Shown piece by piece: positions 1 through 14,692 of a stretch of DNA of 64,000 nucleotides (its first letter is position 1; every line of letters starts with the position of its first letter). The DNA lies in contig OZ316891.1 in the NCBI GenBank assembly GCA_973895155.1, forward strand, positions 19,431,048-19,495,047, written 5' to 3'. The position numbers and the translations under genes are program-made. Source of the DNA: Marsupella aquatica (lineage: Eukaryota > Plantae > Marchantiophyta). The notes below the pieces were generated by a model. It saw nothing but the letters and a program-made list of their open reading frames with translations. It did not search any database and had not been told where the DNA came from.

Positions 1-3000
1 AAGGCAAGGGAAGGGGGAGGGGCCGGCCGCATGCACGGCGACTCCTTGCAGGGGAAGAGGGAACTTCAGCCTTGGCCCAAGACCACCCCTCCAAGAGGAA
101 GGGAGAGCCCCATGATGGCCCCCTTGACCAAGGCTGCAGACTCTGAGGTGGGCCTCCACTCCACTCCGCACCCCTCACCTCGGCACCGCCTCCCTCGCCA
201 CGCCCCGCCTCCGCTGCGCCTTGTGCTCCGCCTGCCTCCGCTCCGGCTTTGCTCCGCTCTGGCTTTGCTCCGCTCTGGTCCAGTCCTCTGTACAGTTATG
301 AACTCTCCTATTTCGTTTAGCGATTTATAAGTAAGATGAATGAATGATCTATTCCTCAATCCAGGAAGACCGAAAGACCTCAAAAAGACTGTCACAAAGA
401 GGTGAACGGGATAAGGCATGGGAAAAACGTGTGAATGGCATCGTCTAGTGGTTCATTTAGTGTACACTCGAAGTCCTGCTTGTTTCGCCCAACGGGGCTG
501 CACGGCCCTGCTTCCAGCCTACTCTAGGTACCCGAATTTTCCGCCAGGGGCGAGAGACGAATCAAGAGGAGTTATGCAGTGCCACCAACTACACGTTTCC
601 ACGAGGAGATCGATCTGGAGTCAATTAATGCGGCAGTCCAGTACGGGAAATCCTTTGGTGGACCGGACACGCATCCCAATTTCGCTTGGCTCCCGTCTCC
701 CCATTGGCCCATTCGTTCGTCAGTGTACCAGAGGTTTTCTTCTGATGCAATTAGATTTCTTTTTCGTTTCTTTCGGGGCCTTCGCGGTAAGTTCCATACT
801 TCGCCTGTTATTAATCAACAGTGGAGGGATGCGAATTTCTAACGTGGAAGTGTGGCATTCGTGCAATAAAGTAATGTAGCGTGACGTTGTGGATCATTAT
901 CAAAGCTATTTTCAACTCCTTCCAAACTTTCGGACATGGCAATCTTAAGTTTTCCTAGCTAACTAGTTTTATTAATTTTTGCCTTGGGGATCATGTTTCC
1001 CCTTTGAGGTTTTTTTCCCTTGGGTAGTGTGATATATATTTAGTTGACATCTATTGTGGCCATAACAGTTATTTTATATATTATATTATATTATATTTCA
1101 ACATAAAACACGTTTCAGGGTCATTTTGTCTCATGTGAAGTTTTTTACCGTGTTCTGTCTGGAATGTAATTTCCTGCCAGTTTCCAGACCTAGACTAAAT
1201 CTAGTCCTGCCAATTTCCAGCCCAGACTAATTGGAAGGATTAAATTTCCGGACCTAGACTAAATCTAGCCAAAATAAGCTCTCCTCATTAACATATAATT
1301 GTGCCCATTACTTTCCATGTAAGATTGGTAGACACCATACCTGAATGGGTCTTGAACCTTGTGAGGCCAGTGCAGCCATTTCATTTATCATATGGTTTAT
1401 ATTGTATGCCAAGCAAAGAAATAGGAGTAATGGGCCCAAACTTCTCCTAAGCCACCATCAGTCACAGTTCTAAGTTTCCCGCAAGAATGATTCCAAAGTT
1501 TTCTAATGAACTCAATGCCATAGCAATCAACAGTCAGATTTTAGTCCACCGTCTAAATGTAGAGTTACTAATTGCAATTGGTGGACAAGTGTAGTTACGT
1601 AATATAACAGTTTTTTTCATTTTAAATGCAAAAAAAATGAAGGTTTCCTTAAATGCATCTTGACATTCAAATAAAACACTAGTATATTATATAAGCGCAC
1701 ATGCATGTATCAGTTATGCAGAGGCTATACAATATGCTTTTTTTTACAAGAGCTTGCAATGTTTAAGTAGAGTACTTACATGCACTTCTCTAGTTCACAC
1801 GGCGCGCTGTACGAGGGTCTAGGTACGAGGACTCTAATTGTAGGTACCTAGAGCAAAGATCAAAGCAAACTGAGCTAAGCAGCTTCTTCAGAAAAGTCAA
1901 AAATTTCTAAGCAAAGTGTAAAAGTGAGTATTCTGTTTTTGCAAAAACGAATGACTAAAGAAAATACATAAGCGTAGATTCTAGTTTTGTAATAAAGTGA
2001 TTGTTGAGTATACACAGGGATTGTGTTGGAGATGTCCAAAGAGTCCTAGCTTTTGTTAGTAAGTAGTTTGAACGTCAAAGATCACCGCAAATTGAGTTTC
2101 CAGACAGCACCCTAGGTTGTCCACTTGTTTGAATGCCATCCCTGTCTGCCCAGCCTGCCCTAAGGGAGCCTTTACAAAACATCGGGGCACATTGTAATTT
2201 TTTCGTCCCTTCTAATATCAAATACAGAAAGTGGAATGAGTGTGAATTGCTGCAGTTGACTTTACAAAATCTTGTTGGCTTGTTGGGCCCATTCAGGTCT
2301 GTTGTCACCAATCCCACACGGCAAACGGTGGGCCCAAGTAAATGGCCATATGGAATGCTTAGTTGGTCTATTTGGTCTAGAAGTTTAGACCACGGCTGCG
2401 GTTGTGGTCCAAACTTTGGCTCTTTGATTGAAGAGATTTGCATTTATTGAAGTTTATTTCAAAATGATATTTGGTGTGGAATCTATCTTTAGACTAAAAA
2501 GTGGCCCCCCAGTTTGCTTTGCATGGTGAACTAAGAAGTGGCTTTACGAGAGGCTAGTGGCGTTACGAGAGGCTAGTGGCTTTTGTTCAGTTTAGAAAAG
2601 TTTGGGGCACTTTCAACCTAACTTGTTGCCAATTTTTGCTTATGTGGGGAGCACATTTTTGTCACATGTTTTAGACCACCTCTCTTGGAGGTCTCGTCTT
2701 CTGGCCCCTTGGCCCATATTTGGGTGCATTAGATGTGGACCCAGAAGTCCTTCATAAGATGGACTGTTGTCACAGCCTCTAGCCAAACAATACACTGACA
2801 CTTAGGTGGAGTGTGTCCCCAACCCATCTTTTAGCAATTTACTCTAGCATCAGTTGCTGCACTTAGCCTTACTAGACCTTGAGGGCCATAACAAAAGGGA
2901 TCCAAAACCTCTTTTAGCCCACGCACACTATATTTAGTGTGTGAAATGGCGCTCCAGTTTGCTTTTAGTGAAAAATGCTCACAAGTGCCCTCTTGTAAAG

Positions 3001-3997
3001 CCACCCTGAGAAGTGGCCCCAATTTGCTTTGGTGAAGTAAGAAGTGGCCCCAGTTTGCTTTGGTGGAAAAAGTCCAAAAGTTGCATCTCACACCAGTGCC
3101 CCAACCTTACTTGTAAAGTTCTTTGGCATCCAACAGCGAAAATTTCTCGAAATCTCTGCAAAGTTTTAACAGGTGTATGAAGAAATGTAGCTACTCCGTA
3201 CTAGACCCATATCATAGAACAAGAGAGTCTCGTGCCTATTCACACGAGAGTCTCTTGTGTCCCAGTATGGGCTTTTGGTTCATTGGCATATTATTTTATA
3301 CAGCTTCGCACGTAGAGAACGTGGAACGCATGGCAAGGGGGCGACAACAGTCTCGATCCCTGAAAGAAATCCATGTTTTTAGGCAAGTACGCCAGTGCCC
3401 AACTGCATCTTGTGGATGACACGGAGCCGGAAATTTCAACTGCATTCGGAGGCAGTACAGTTTTGACCTGACGATGTTGAAAAGCTCAACCTGTGCGAGA
3501 AGCTTGGACCGTCGTCGTCCAAAATAATAAGTTGTTTGTTTGTTAATCACGCACGATTGCAAATCTGTGCGTGATCAAGTTGTCCTGAGCTGACATGCCG
3601 TTGCGAGTGCCTGAGAGCACTGTTTCTGTGAGAATTGCAAGCGGAGGAAAGAGGAGAAGCTGTTGACGAAGAGCTTTCCTTTTGTCATGGTCCACTGTTT
3701 TGGCGTGCGCTGTTCTCGCAGTCAGAGACAGACTCGGAGCTCCCTTGATAAGTGAGCTTAGAGTGTTCTGGTTTGACTGCTTTTGCAGCACAGGGACGGA
3801 AGAAATTGAAATCAGGAGTTCTCTGTTGACGGAGAGCTCTCGGGTCAATTGACTGCGTTTTTCGAGGACACACGTGGTTTGCTATCTTGATAAATAGCTT
3901 TGTTGGGAGTATAGGAGGGAGCTCGAAGTGGAGAGGAGAGGAGAGGAGAGGCTGAGTAAGAGCGATTAAGTGATTGGAGAGGAGTGGACAGACAATC

Positions 3998-6900
3998 ATG
4001 GTGCTGGTCATGGTTCCGGAGATGGCAGAGCCGATAATGATGGTTCCGGAGATGGAGGAGCCGCAAGGATACAAGGAATGGAGGGAGAGGCAGAAGAATT
4101 TCTTGGAGTTCTGGGATGACATCACCAGCGATCCGCTGCTGGCGCAGGAGAGACTTTTGGAGGATATTTTGAGCAAAAATGCAAATACAGAGTACTTGCG
4201 GAAGCATGAATTGAATGGAGCCACGGATGTAGATTCCTTCCGGGAACGCTTGCCTGTGTCGGACTACGATACGTACAAGGAGTACATCGATCGCATCTTT
4301 GAAGGTGACGATTCGCCATTGCTAAGTGCGAATCCTTGTGTCGAATTTATGACCAGGTGGGCCTCTTCATTACTTTACTCGAAATTGGCTTCTCCACTGA
4401 TGTCATTCACGAAATTCCCTTCCTACATCAATATGTTTGAGTAGTAAACCATGTGCACTGTGAGCTGTAGCTGGTCTCTCCCAGATTGACGTTCTACGGA
4501 CCTGCTCTGGAGACCCCTTGCGATAACCAATCGATCTGAAAGGACAGCCCAAGGACTAATCTTAGCCAAGAGCTTATGGTCGCTAAATCATAAGCTGGCC
4601 TATGCAGCGCCTTCGGTGCCTTCAAAATTCCGCTATATTCGTGAAGCTGTTTAATTTTTCACCTATGATTATGAAGTCGATGACCATCTAAACACTTGTC
4701 AAATTTTATTAAGCCAACAGAATATGCCCGAGTAAGTCCTCTGCTGTTCGTCAGCCATCTCGTGGCTAAATGGAGTGATGGGCTGCTATGATAACGGCTT
4801 AACATAATGCTTAAAAGAAGACTCAGAAAGTTAATCGTTACAATGACTCATTTGTTTCAGTTCTGTTTCCCCTGCAGTTCTTAGATTTAAAAGCTGAAAT
4901 TGTCTCCAATGTGTTGACGTAGTAGAAACATTTGTTCTACAGACGTACGTCTGATCTTTTGTTACTGATGAAAGTTTATCTGCTTGTATGAACGTGGGGC
5001 ATAGTTCGGGCACTACAGGAGGTCAGCCCAAACTCTTTCCAATCACTGCCGAGGATTTGGAGCTGAGGGGACTTGTATGGAGCCTTGCAAATCCTCTTCT
5101 CAATCGGTAGGCACTCTATTTTGTTTTCTGCCATTTGCTCTCAGAGGAAGGAAGGACGTTGATGTTCTTACTCGCTTTCCAGTTCTGCGGCTGTTGATAA
5201 AACAATTCTTCTTCAAATGAATACGATGTCTCCGTCATGATCGGAATACCATGCACTCGGAAGCTCTTCAAGCTCGCGTTTGCTGTTCAGAGTCTAGGTT
5301 TATTTCTGTTCACTTGACATGGTTATTAGTTTGTTCTGGCTCTCCGATCCTCGCGTATCTTTCTTTAGAGCCAATGACTCAGGGGGAGTCATACATATGG
5401 CTGGATTGTTCTCCAGAGGGAACCACGTTTTGACGGAACGTCGGATTTGGGTCCAAAGAGATTCTCTTTGAAAGATAACATTCTCGTTGGATCGGATGCA
5501 GATCGCTGCCAGGTTTGGAGAAAGGAAAGGCAATGTTCTTCTATTTCATGAGGAAACCTGCTGTGTCACCCAAGGGCCTGCTATGCCAGACAGCGGTGTC
5601 AAGTTTCATAACATGTTCTACTTTTCAGAACCGACCTTTCAATCCGTCGTACAGATTAACGAGCCCAGATGCAATTACGGAATGTTTTGACAGCAGTGAG
5701 GCCATGTACTGTCATCTTCTCCTAGGATTGCTGCAGCGAGAGGAGGTTTTAAGATTCGGAGCCATTTTCGCTCCATTGATTGTCAAAGGACTGCGAAGTC
5801 TGGAAGAATTGTGGCCCGAGATTTGTGAGGACATATCAACTGGAACATTGAGCTCCAAAATTAAGGATGAAGCTATACGGGCGGCGGTATTGCCCATGTT
5901 GAGAAAAGATCCTGAACTTGCAGAACTTGTTCGCAAAGAATTCTCCACGGGGAAGGCAACTGATGGGATTATTCGAAGACTTTGGCCCAACCTGAAGGTT
6001 ATTGATACGGTGTGTACCGGTTCAATGGAGGCTTATCTTCCTGCCCTCGCAAACTACAGCGATAACTTGCCAGTTATATGTACCCAGCTCTATGCAGCCA
6101 CTGAAGGGTACTTTGGCGTTAATGTCAATCCAATGTGCCCCCCTGGAGAAATTTACTTTACTTTGGTCCCGTTCGTTGCCTACTACGAGTTCATTGCAGT
6201 TTTGGTCGACAACGAACAGAAACTAGACCCGACTCTCGACGAGATTCTAGATCTTATGAGCCTGAAGGAAGGGCAAGAGTACGAGATCCTTGTGACCACA
6301 GTATCAGGTACGTGCTTCCTTCTCTGAGTGGCTTATTGCGTAAAGCTGAACGTCGGATCGGTCGAGGAGAATACTATTCAGGACTTGGTTCGACGGCATG
6401 AATGGGTAGAAAACACCTCAGATTAGGAGTTTGGGAATTGGCACTCAAATTCGATAAACATTTCGATTCCATGAAGAATGATTACTAACTATGGCAACTC
6501 CTTCTCTCTTCACCTCATCCAGAATGAATTATAATAAGTAATCCTTAATGAATGACAGAAATTTTATCGTCTGCATGGTCTCCCTTAGGCAGGGAGGCCA
6601 GAAATGGAGGTGTTTCTCCACAAGCTCAAGTGTTAGATAGACTCGTCAATGGTGGAGGCTTTTCGCGACGGGATCAGTTTGCTTCGCCTACATTGAAGTA
6701 GCGTCAGTTCTCATTCCGTGGTGCCCGTGGCACCCAGAAAACGGGGACGAAAAAAATGTCTTCTTAAGTCCAAAAGACATGTAGACAGCGGTTCAAAAGC
6801 CACACTTTGTGTACATTGTGACATACTGCACCCTGCACGGCAGATTTTATTTTTATTCCTTGCTTTCACCTTCAGACCCTGGTCATATCGCTGCGTTTCA

Positions 6901-7843
6901 GTTTGAGGGAGTAAGTTTTATTCGTTCTTCAAGGTGCTGTGATTGTCGAGTTGCTCCGTTCGCCAGACATTCTTCAGTGTCGTGACAGTTCTCTGGGAGG
7001 TCTGACTCTCATATCCAGAGCGTTGTCACTAGAAGCTTAAGCTCGAAAAAATTCATTCCATCATTCATTTTGGGCTGATTTTCCTGTCTAGATCTCTACG
7101 CTAGGATTGGCCGGTGGCTACGTAGGAAACTCTAAACATCTATCCGGTCTATTGGTCTTTGATGTGCAGGTTTGTACCGGTACCGCATGGGAGACATTCT
7201 TAAAGTGGTGGGGTTCTACAATTCCACGCCGACCTTTCAATTCATGCGGCGGATGAACACAGTTCTGAGCATTGACACAGACAAGACGGACGAGAAAGAA
7301 TTGCACACCGCAGTGACTCTATGTTCGAAAGTGTTGAAGAGAGAGCTGGGGCTGAGATTACATGAGTACACCAGTACATCTGATTTGAAGTCCTCGCCGG
7401 GACATTATGTTGTCTTCTTGGAGCTAGTTGCTGCATCTCAGGCTCCAACTCAAAAAGTTCTGGAGCTGTGCTGTTCAGATATGGAAGCGACTCTTAATTT
7501 TATCTACAGAAGAGGCCGACATGAAAAGGCCATTGGTCCACTGGAGCTGCGAGTGGTTCAAGAGGGAACATTTGATCTTCTTACAAGCCATGCCATCTCC
7601 AAAGGAGCTACCCTTTCTCAGTACAAGACCCCCAGGGCCTACAAATCTCCCGAATTCCTTGAAATCCTCAACTCGAGGGTAGCCCAGAAAGCCTTTTGTC
7701 AGGATAAACCTCCTTTCACCCCTGGAATCTTCCGCTCTAGCCTCAGTGGAAGATCTTTGCTCAGCCCCAGAGGACAACAAAAAGTGCTACAGACTTCCCC
7801 AGTGGTGGTCTCACACTCCAGTCAAGCAAAAGCGCTGCACTGA
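3998..7843 (+). CDS. GH3: GH3-family acyl-acid amido synthetase (auxin/jasmonate-conjugating family); exons 3998-4356, 5005-5106, 5502-6307, 7170-7843
   Basis: Joining the ORFs at canonical GT..AG sites keeps the frame and restores GH3 motifs: EFMT/SSGTTGGQPKLFP (P-loop-like motif I), LPGLEKGKAMFFYF, YCHLLLGL, YAATEG (motif II), GLYRYRMGD (motif III), IGPLELRVV and QYKTPR. The intron positions are typical of plant GH3 genes. Confidence 0.95.
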
Positions 7844-8469
7844 AAATGATATAATCTTCAACATTTTGTTACATATAGTCCAGCTGATTCAAGGAGGCCA
7901 CCATCGATTTCTAAAGCCATATTACCATTTTGAACTTAAAGTTTAAATGGGGCACTCACGTTTTTGCAATTCTGAGCCACAAGCCTTTGCTCCCCAGCTG
8001 TTTGGCTGCCTCAAAAGTACTCTCGTATCCTTGAAAAGAGTCACGGCTCAGATCGTCCTGGCAGTACGCACGCTGAAATGCTTCAGTTGAAGGCTCAACC
8101 CGCGAACTGCGATGTGTTCATGCCTGCACAGATTCGGAAAATGCTCTAGCTGATGCTCAACACTTGGACTAGAATTTGCATCACTAGCTAGCTGCACCGC
8201 AGTAACAATCCGGCGACGCGTCTTGATCGTAAGGAGCGATATGTGAAGGGCCTTAGGACACGAGATCTGAAGAAATGTACACATTTCCTAAATCGGTAGA
8301 ATATTACGAGTATATCTGTTCAGAAAAGACCCTCAATTGGTTTTCGGTTCAATCGCTTATAGCTGTGCATATGATCCCTTCACCCTGAACAAGAAGTTGG
8401 GAAAGCTGGACACGGTCTTTGCTCGTCTCCTCTCCTAAAATCTTGTGAAAACTACAAAGTTTGGTAATT

Positions 8470-8645
8470 TGACCTTCCATGCAATCAGTCATAGTACTGG
8501 CAATGGATCATTTTATACCTTGGTATAAGATTTCTCCCCAGAGATCTAGTTTAAATTTTGTAATGAACCTTCCATGCAATCAGTCACAGGAACACAATAA
8601 TACTGGTAATGGATCATTTTGTACCCTGGTTTGAGAGCTCCCCCT
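8470..8645. repeat. Degenerate direct repeat, 2 copies, period about 95 bp
   Basis: ACCTTCCATGCAATCAGTCA...TACTGG(C/T)AATGGATCATTTT(A/G)TACC occurs twice. Confidence 0.7.
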
Positions 8646-9117
8646 AGCGATCCAGCTTATTGCAATTCTGAAAGCTTTCATGCATTGTGATCTTTGCGTA
8701 GACCTGTCCAATGTGCCCACTTTTCCATTAGAATAAAATGAACGAAATGACACAAATTAGTGCGCATGACGAACAGAAAATAGGCCCAATCTTCTGAATT
8801 CTTCTCTATGGAAGCTTTTTGTGACGTGCTTTTTTAACCTACATGTGAGCCTGTAAGAAACAGAAGCCGGGTCTAATTAATGATATACCTTGATCCAGTG
8901 ACATAAATGAAATTCAGTCCACTCATCCCCCGACCCTTAGGCAGGATGTTGATCGTTTCAATTCTGGCCTAGCTGGATTCGGCGTTGCCCACTATTTTTG
9001 AAGTTAGCTCTCACCAGTATCAATGAACACCCAGCTTCTAGCAACGGCACTAGGATGTTATTTCGCGGAGAGAAATATACTATATAAAAAAGGTTTCCTG
9101 TAGTATGCTCCCAGAAG

Positions 9118-9202
9118 GGGGTGGTGGCGCAGTTGGTTAGCGCGTAGGTCTCATAGCTACAGAGAAATCCTGAGGTCGAGAGTTCGAGCCTCTCTCACCC
9201 CA
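9118..9202 (+). tRNA. tRNA-Met (elongator, anticodon CAT) with 11-nt intron at 9156-9166
   Basis: Sequence GGGGTGGTGGCGCAGTTGGTTAGCGCGTAGGTCTCATA[GCTACAGAGAA]ATCCTGAGGTCGAGAGTTCGAGCCTCTCTCACCCCA matches the plant nuclear elongator tRNA-Met. A and B boxes are intact, a TATA-like stretch lies upstream (about 9076-9091) and a T4 terminator follows. Confidence 0.96.
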
Positions 9203-12200
9203 TGTTTTCGTTGCTTTGATACGGAGACCGGGTGGTCCTACGCCGGCTGTGGTGTCAGTTGTTTGATATGCTGAACAAATTGATTTCAACAATTGTTATG
9301 CAATTGATCACACTAGCTCTAATACGTACACAAACTAGCTACAATGCTTTACTATGATGGTTAAGGTAGTTGCTTTAGGGTAGGTTCCCACCCACCGTTA
9401 AGGGTTGTTAGTATACTGAGAGTTAACTATTTTGAATTATGGAAAGTTAACTTTACAAAAGTTAACTATTCCCTAAGCCTTTCAACCAGATTTTTGGCCT
9501 AACTTGGTTAATAGTTTCAAGATCAAAAAATCTTTGTACTTTTGACAATGGTGAAAACTATGAGCATTTGCCGTCAATTCACTGTGAATTTACGAGGTGA
9601 ATTTACAAAGTGCTCAATCTCCCGCCTATCCTCCTTTGGTACCCCTCCACCAATGGACTTTGAGAGAATTGGTACCCCCCCACCGATGGCCTCCAATAGA
9701 GTCGAGACTGTAGTGAGGCTCAGACATCAGGGAGACTGCCGAAGATGTCGTTGAGAAACACTGCACGCTGATTCACTGACATTTAACATCCATTTGGTTT
9801 CAATCTGAGAGGACGATCCACAGCCTAGCAAACATGAGCAAGCAAGCTAGATAATGGATCAGAAGATGAGGCTGGGAAGCTAAATTCGGTCATCGGTGAT
9901 ACCCCAATACTGTCGATCCGCTGCTATGGAGATCTTGATATTCGCACAGTCATCGAAGAAGTTCTCCTCTAGAGCTCAAATCACGGCTTGGCTGGTGCTT
10001 GCTTTAAACCAGTGTACACATTCAACGACAGCATTTGTAGCCCAACACAAGTCGCCAATCATGAGGAACTCTACCCCAAAATTACATTGATTTTCAATCA
10101 CTTCCATGCTAAATTGCCCCGACGGAGTGGTGGGATTGGGATGCCTGGCTAGAGGGCACAATTAAGTAACTATGATGTCTTACTCATACGGCAACCGGAA
10201 CAGTGTACTGGACAAGCATGACTGGATGAAGAGGGTTTGACTTAATTTACACCTTCAATCTTCAAATTTGCATGCCACTTGCTCGGAGGACGGGATTCAG
10301 TATGTACTCGGTCAGTGGCCACTGCGACCATGGAGATCGATGGAGTGGACAATTAGCTGCTGAGTCGAAGTAGGACCCGGCCACCACTGAAAATCGAAAC
10401 GCTGAGCAGCAGAACCCACCCGCCACTAAAAACCTGTCTTTACATAGTGGAGCACAGGATCAAAGGAACGGCTCGGAATCAAACGGAACATCAAGAGCAG
10501 CTAGGAGAGAGCAATTCGAGAGGAATTGACAACTGTCTGAAGGAAATTAAGGAAAGGATTCAGACGGTCTAATAGGACTCCAGCAGTACCTATTTCGTGG
10601 ATTGAAAAGGCTATAATTTCTCTACTGGCAGTTTTTTTTAATAATATTTAGGCTATTCTTGTAAGTGTGGATTGGCATGGGAATCTGGGGGCAGAGAGAG
10701 GCATAAACGCACGCGTTTAGGATAAGTAGTTCCACAATGGGGGAGACCACTACACTAGGATCAATTTTCTCAATTCAACTTAACCTGTAATGGTCCAACC
10801 TTACCATATGTTCTGCTAGTAAATATATGTACAACAAGCCCTCCATAAATGCATTTTTCCTAAGTGGAATCACTCCATTGATGCAATCTTTTTGGTACTC
10901 TCGTCCCCCTCCCCCCAACAAAAACGGGAATTCTAAGATTCCAGCTTCTGCATATGTTCAATAGAGATTCACGAAAAGATGGGTAGATGCGACAACAATA
11001 TTCATAGGAAAGTTTTTTTTATAATTGCTGCCATCTGTCAATGGAAATGAGTATCAGTTCCGGTGTGAGTCTATGCATTGCAATTATCCAGTTATTTTTG
11101 AAGTTGCTATATGGTGAATACACTTTTCAGATTTTGTATTATTCAGATTTTTTGTGTCATGTATTTTTGTATCAAGGGGCAGTCTTTGTATCATATAAAT
11201 TTTTAATTAATTTTCAGACCCTTTAATTTTAGGTATTCTAGAATATTTTGAACTTATTTTGGCAGCCCCTTATAATTTTTAAAGTTTGTGATCTCTCTAG
11301 ATGAAACCAAGGCTCACCACTTGAACAGAGTATTCTCATGAGTAGAGAGAAATGATTCTAAGTAACATGAATGCATAGTGTCTTAAGCCCCTCATGTCTT
11401 TCTTTCCTAAGTTTATGGTTACGGAGCCCACTAGAGGTCCCTTCCAAAATTCCTGGCACCACAGCGTGCCATGTCAATAACAACCGCAACAAACAAGACT
11501 CGTCGGTTTTGTGAATCAAATTTATAGTTTTCATTCGTGTTTGTGTCAATTTGGGTGTAAATTGTGGGACGCCATGCCGTAAAAAGAAAAGTAAAAACAT
11601 TGGAAATGCAAAGAGCAAGACTGTTAAAACTGTCACTATGTAACCGTTTTAGTTACATTTCCAATTTTAAAACTTAAATTCAAAGATTTATAAAAAGTAT
11701 TTTTCATATAATAAATAATGACTAATAACTAACTTGATAACTTCCTTGTTAAAGCGCAACTCCCGGTATGTAAGGACCTCTCGTATTGTATGGCCATTAA
11801 TGTTGGGAAGAGGACATAGAAACCCATGATCGGGGAGGAGGAATGGCTGGAATCTTGAAAGTTCATCGAATTTTATACTCAAAATTATTTGCTCATTCTC
11901 AAAACAAAAAATACCCAGTCGTAGATCTCATTGAGATCTTTCTTTTGCACCCTAGATCGCCTTCTAACATGGATGAATAAGATTTCTAGAGGCATTACAA
12001 AATGGATGGCAAAGATCGTAAAATCAACAAAATCGATGGCTAGGAAGGCTTGGATTTGTTTAATTTTTCATTTGAAAAATATTAACCCATTTGCAAAACG
12101 GACAGAACCCATCCATAGATCTATTTGAGATCTTTGTTTTGAGCCATAGATTGGCCATTATGATGGACGGACAAGATTTCCGGAGATAAGAAATGGAGAT

Positions 12201-14573
12201 GGCTCAGATCGACTCTTCCCCCTGATTTTATTAACCAAGGGGTCCACGAACTAATTGTTATTTAAATGCTTGTCATTCATAAGGCACATTGAATTAAGTG
12301 CAAAAATCCTAGCACCCTTGTGTTATAAAATTTGAATGTACTTTTCATTGGTCAGTGTGCTTTTCTTGGCAGGCACTTTACTTACATTATTTTATGCTTC
12401 TAGTTATGCTCTCATATATTATTTATTTTCAGATCACTACAAGACCAAAAATCAAGCATGTTCCAGGATGAGTATGCTATAATCCAGGTTTCTTTATAAA
12501 TGTGAGCATCAGGGATTGTGTGAACACAACATTGTTTCTGGCCAAGAATCATGGACAGAAGATCTGTGACATTAATTATAGCAAAGAGAGCTATGTAGTG
12601 CCACAATGCATGTTTAGAGAGGGAAATTGGTCCCAGGTCTGCTTAATATCATATTACTCCTCTCTCAACAAATGCAATAGGGGTCTCAAACTTCAAATTT
12701 TGATACACCTTAACTTAGTAGTTAAGGGACAGAAACAATTATGGATTACAAAATCCAGGATCCATGACAGTTTACCATGAAGATTGGTCATATGCTATGA
12801 CCATAAGTCACTGTAGAGACTAGTGAATTTTCATAACCGCGTGAAAAAGCTATCATCCCTAACTCTGAAAGCTTGAGACTCCCTAATGAACACCCCATAC
12901 TATGATCATTTGTTTATGACCAACAACCATATCCCTAACTATGAAACTTCTGGCACCAGTAATGAATCCCCCCATTTTTTGACAGTCTAATAAACTCCCG
13001 CAAATGCAATTCATTTCCAGTTCTCTATAATTGCAATAAGTTCTCAAGTGGAATGCCTGGATAACTACAATTCTGAAAGTTCTCCCAAGTACGCCTGTGG
13101 GATTGAACTGAGTGAGGAGTGACTCTACTAGGGCGTCTCAAAGCAGGGCCGTAAGGAAAAGCTATGGGACACCAGTTGTGCCCATAAAACACCTTATGAC
13201 TTATGACGTACCAGACTTTATGGGCCATTGGTTGCAGGGGGGATATGCGTTGACCCGTGCCATAAGCGATGAGTTATGGGTACTCCCGCCCATTGTAAGT
13301 GTGTGGTTGCCCCATCCCTGTCTGATGAGCCCATGCCAAGCCTCAACAAGCGATCACAATAGCATTCAATAATACATAGTGACTGACACGTTGTTTCTGT
13401 TCCTAGATGATGCTATGTTGTGATGATGCAATGCACATACTGATTCAAAGTTGGGAAAGTTGGGTAGACAAAAACACAAAAAAATTACACAACGTTCGTG
13501 CTCTGTGTTACTCCTCAGAGTTGAAATTATGGGTTTCGGTCAGTAGCCATGACACTTTCTTATAGAAGCCGATTTGGCCTCGCATAACTTTTATGGCATG
13601 CAGTTCACGTAACTCATTCAGTGGAGTACATGCTTGATGGGACCCTTGCCAAAACAAATGTACGTGACAGGCCCCTACTAAAATGTTGTTACAAACTAGG
13701 CCCCCTACATAGGTTCCGTAGGTTCCGTACACATGGTTCTTATGTGGTGCCTAATTGCTGGTCAACCATATATTTCTCACCGCAATCTTTCGCACTCCGC
13801 GTCATAGTCCACCGCATGAACAAGTATGCTTGAAGACATTTCACATGATTACAGAGTGCCTGGGGATCCACCGTTACATGATAGCAGGTTTGTACAATAG
13901 TAGTCTAGTTCTTGAGGCTAGCAACATTTTCCCGTTATGAGTGACTCCATGGTGTCTCTGTTTCACACTTAGACAACTTTTGCAACACATGAAAACAACC
14001 AAGAGTAAAAAATCCTTGGTTCCTTCCATACTTATACAAATTTGGGGTCTAGATGTGAGAAGACAACATTTATGTTGTGTTTGTTCCACACTTGCACAAT
14101 TTTTGAACGTTGCAATAGGGACCAATGGTCAAAAGTAAAGGATTCATTCCATACTTAGACAAAAGGACAAAAAGAATCGTCAAAATATCATGCAAACCCT
14201 ATGCATAGTTTGCATGAAGCCACCTAAGAACAGACTATATGGTAAGAATTCAAACCTAAGGACATGAACTATATTGTCTTCACTTATGAACTCACAATTC
14301 GAGCGACGACCGCAATTACTCCATGGTTCCCCTCACAGTGTAGTTTGTCATTTAACATGATTTGACTCTAAACTTTACAATAGATCTTATTGGTGATACA
14401 TCAAACTATGACTACTTATAGGAAGTTTACAAATACATATGATGTAAAGGTTTTTGAAGACTACTAATTTGTAACAAAAGTTTCATAAGAGCCTATCACC
14501 TAAATAGGTACTATCACATGCATGTATCTTCATTCCTTGCTTTGACACAGCTAACTTGATTATTTTGGGGATT

Positions 14574-14692
14574 CCCATCATGTTTTGGGTCCCATCAAGC
14601 ATATTCTTGTTTTGGGTCCCATCATGTTTTGGGTCCCATCAAGCATATTCTTGTTTGGGGTCCCATCATGTTTTGGGTCCCATCAAGCATAT
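14574..14692. repeat. Tandem repeat, 44-bp unit, about 2.7 copies, with an internal GGGTCCCATCA subrepeat
   Basis: GGGTCCCATCATGTTTTGGGTCCCATCAAGCATATTCTTGTTTT is repeated almost exactly. Confidence 0.9.

Noticed and set aside
1-880. GC-rich start of the window with several overlapping ORFs (31-330, 66-419, 418-879, 579-842) and GCTTTGCTCCGCTC(T/C)G repeats
   Set aside because: No recognisable domain or splice structure. It may be the edge of a TE or gene cut off by the window, but I cannot support a call.
3543-4319. Antisense ORFs overlapping GH3 exon 1, and similar shadow ORFs over the other genes
   Set aside because: These are shadows of coding or low-complexity sequence on the opposite strand.
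9540-10600. Moderately GC-rich stretch with short ORFs downstream of the tRNA
   Set aside because: No motif, termini or consistent frame was found.
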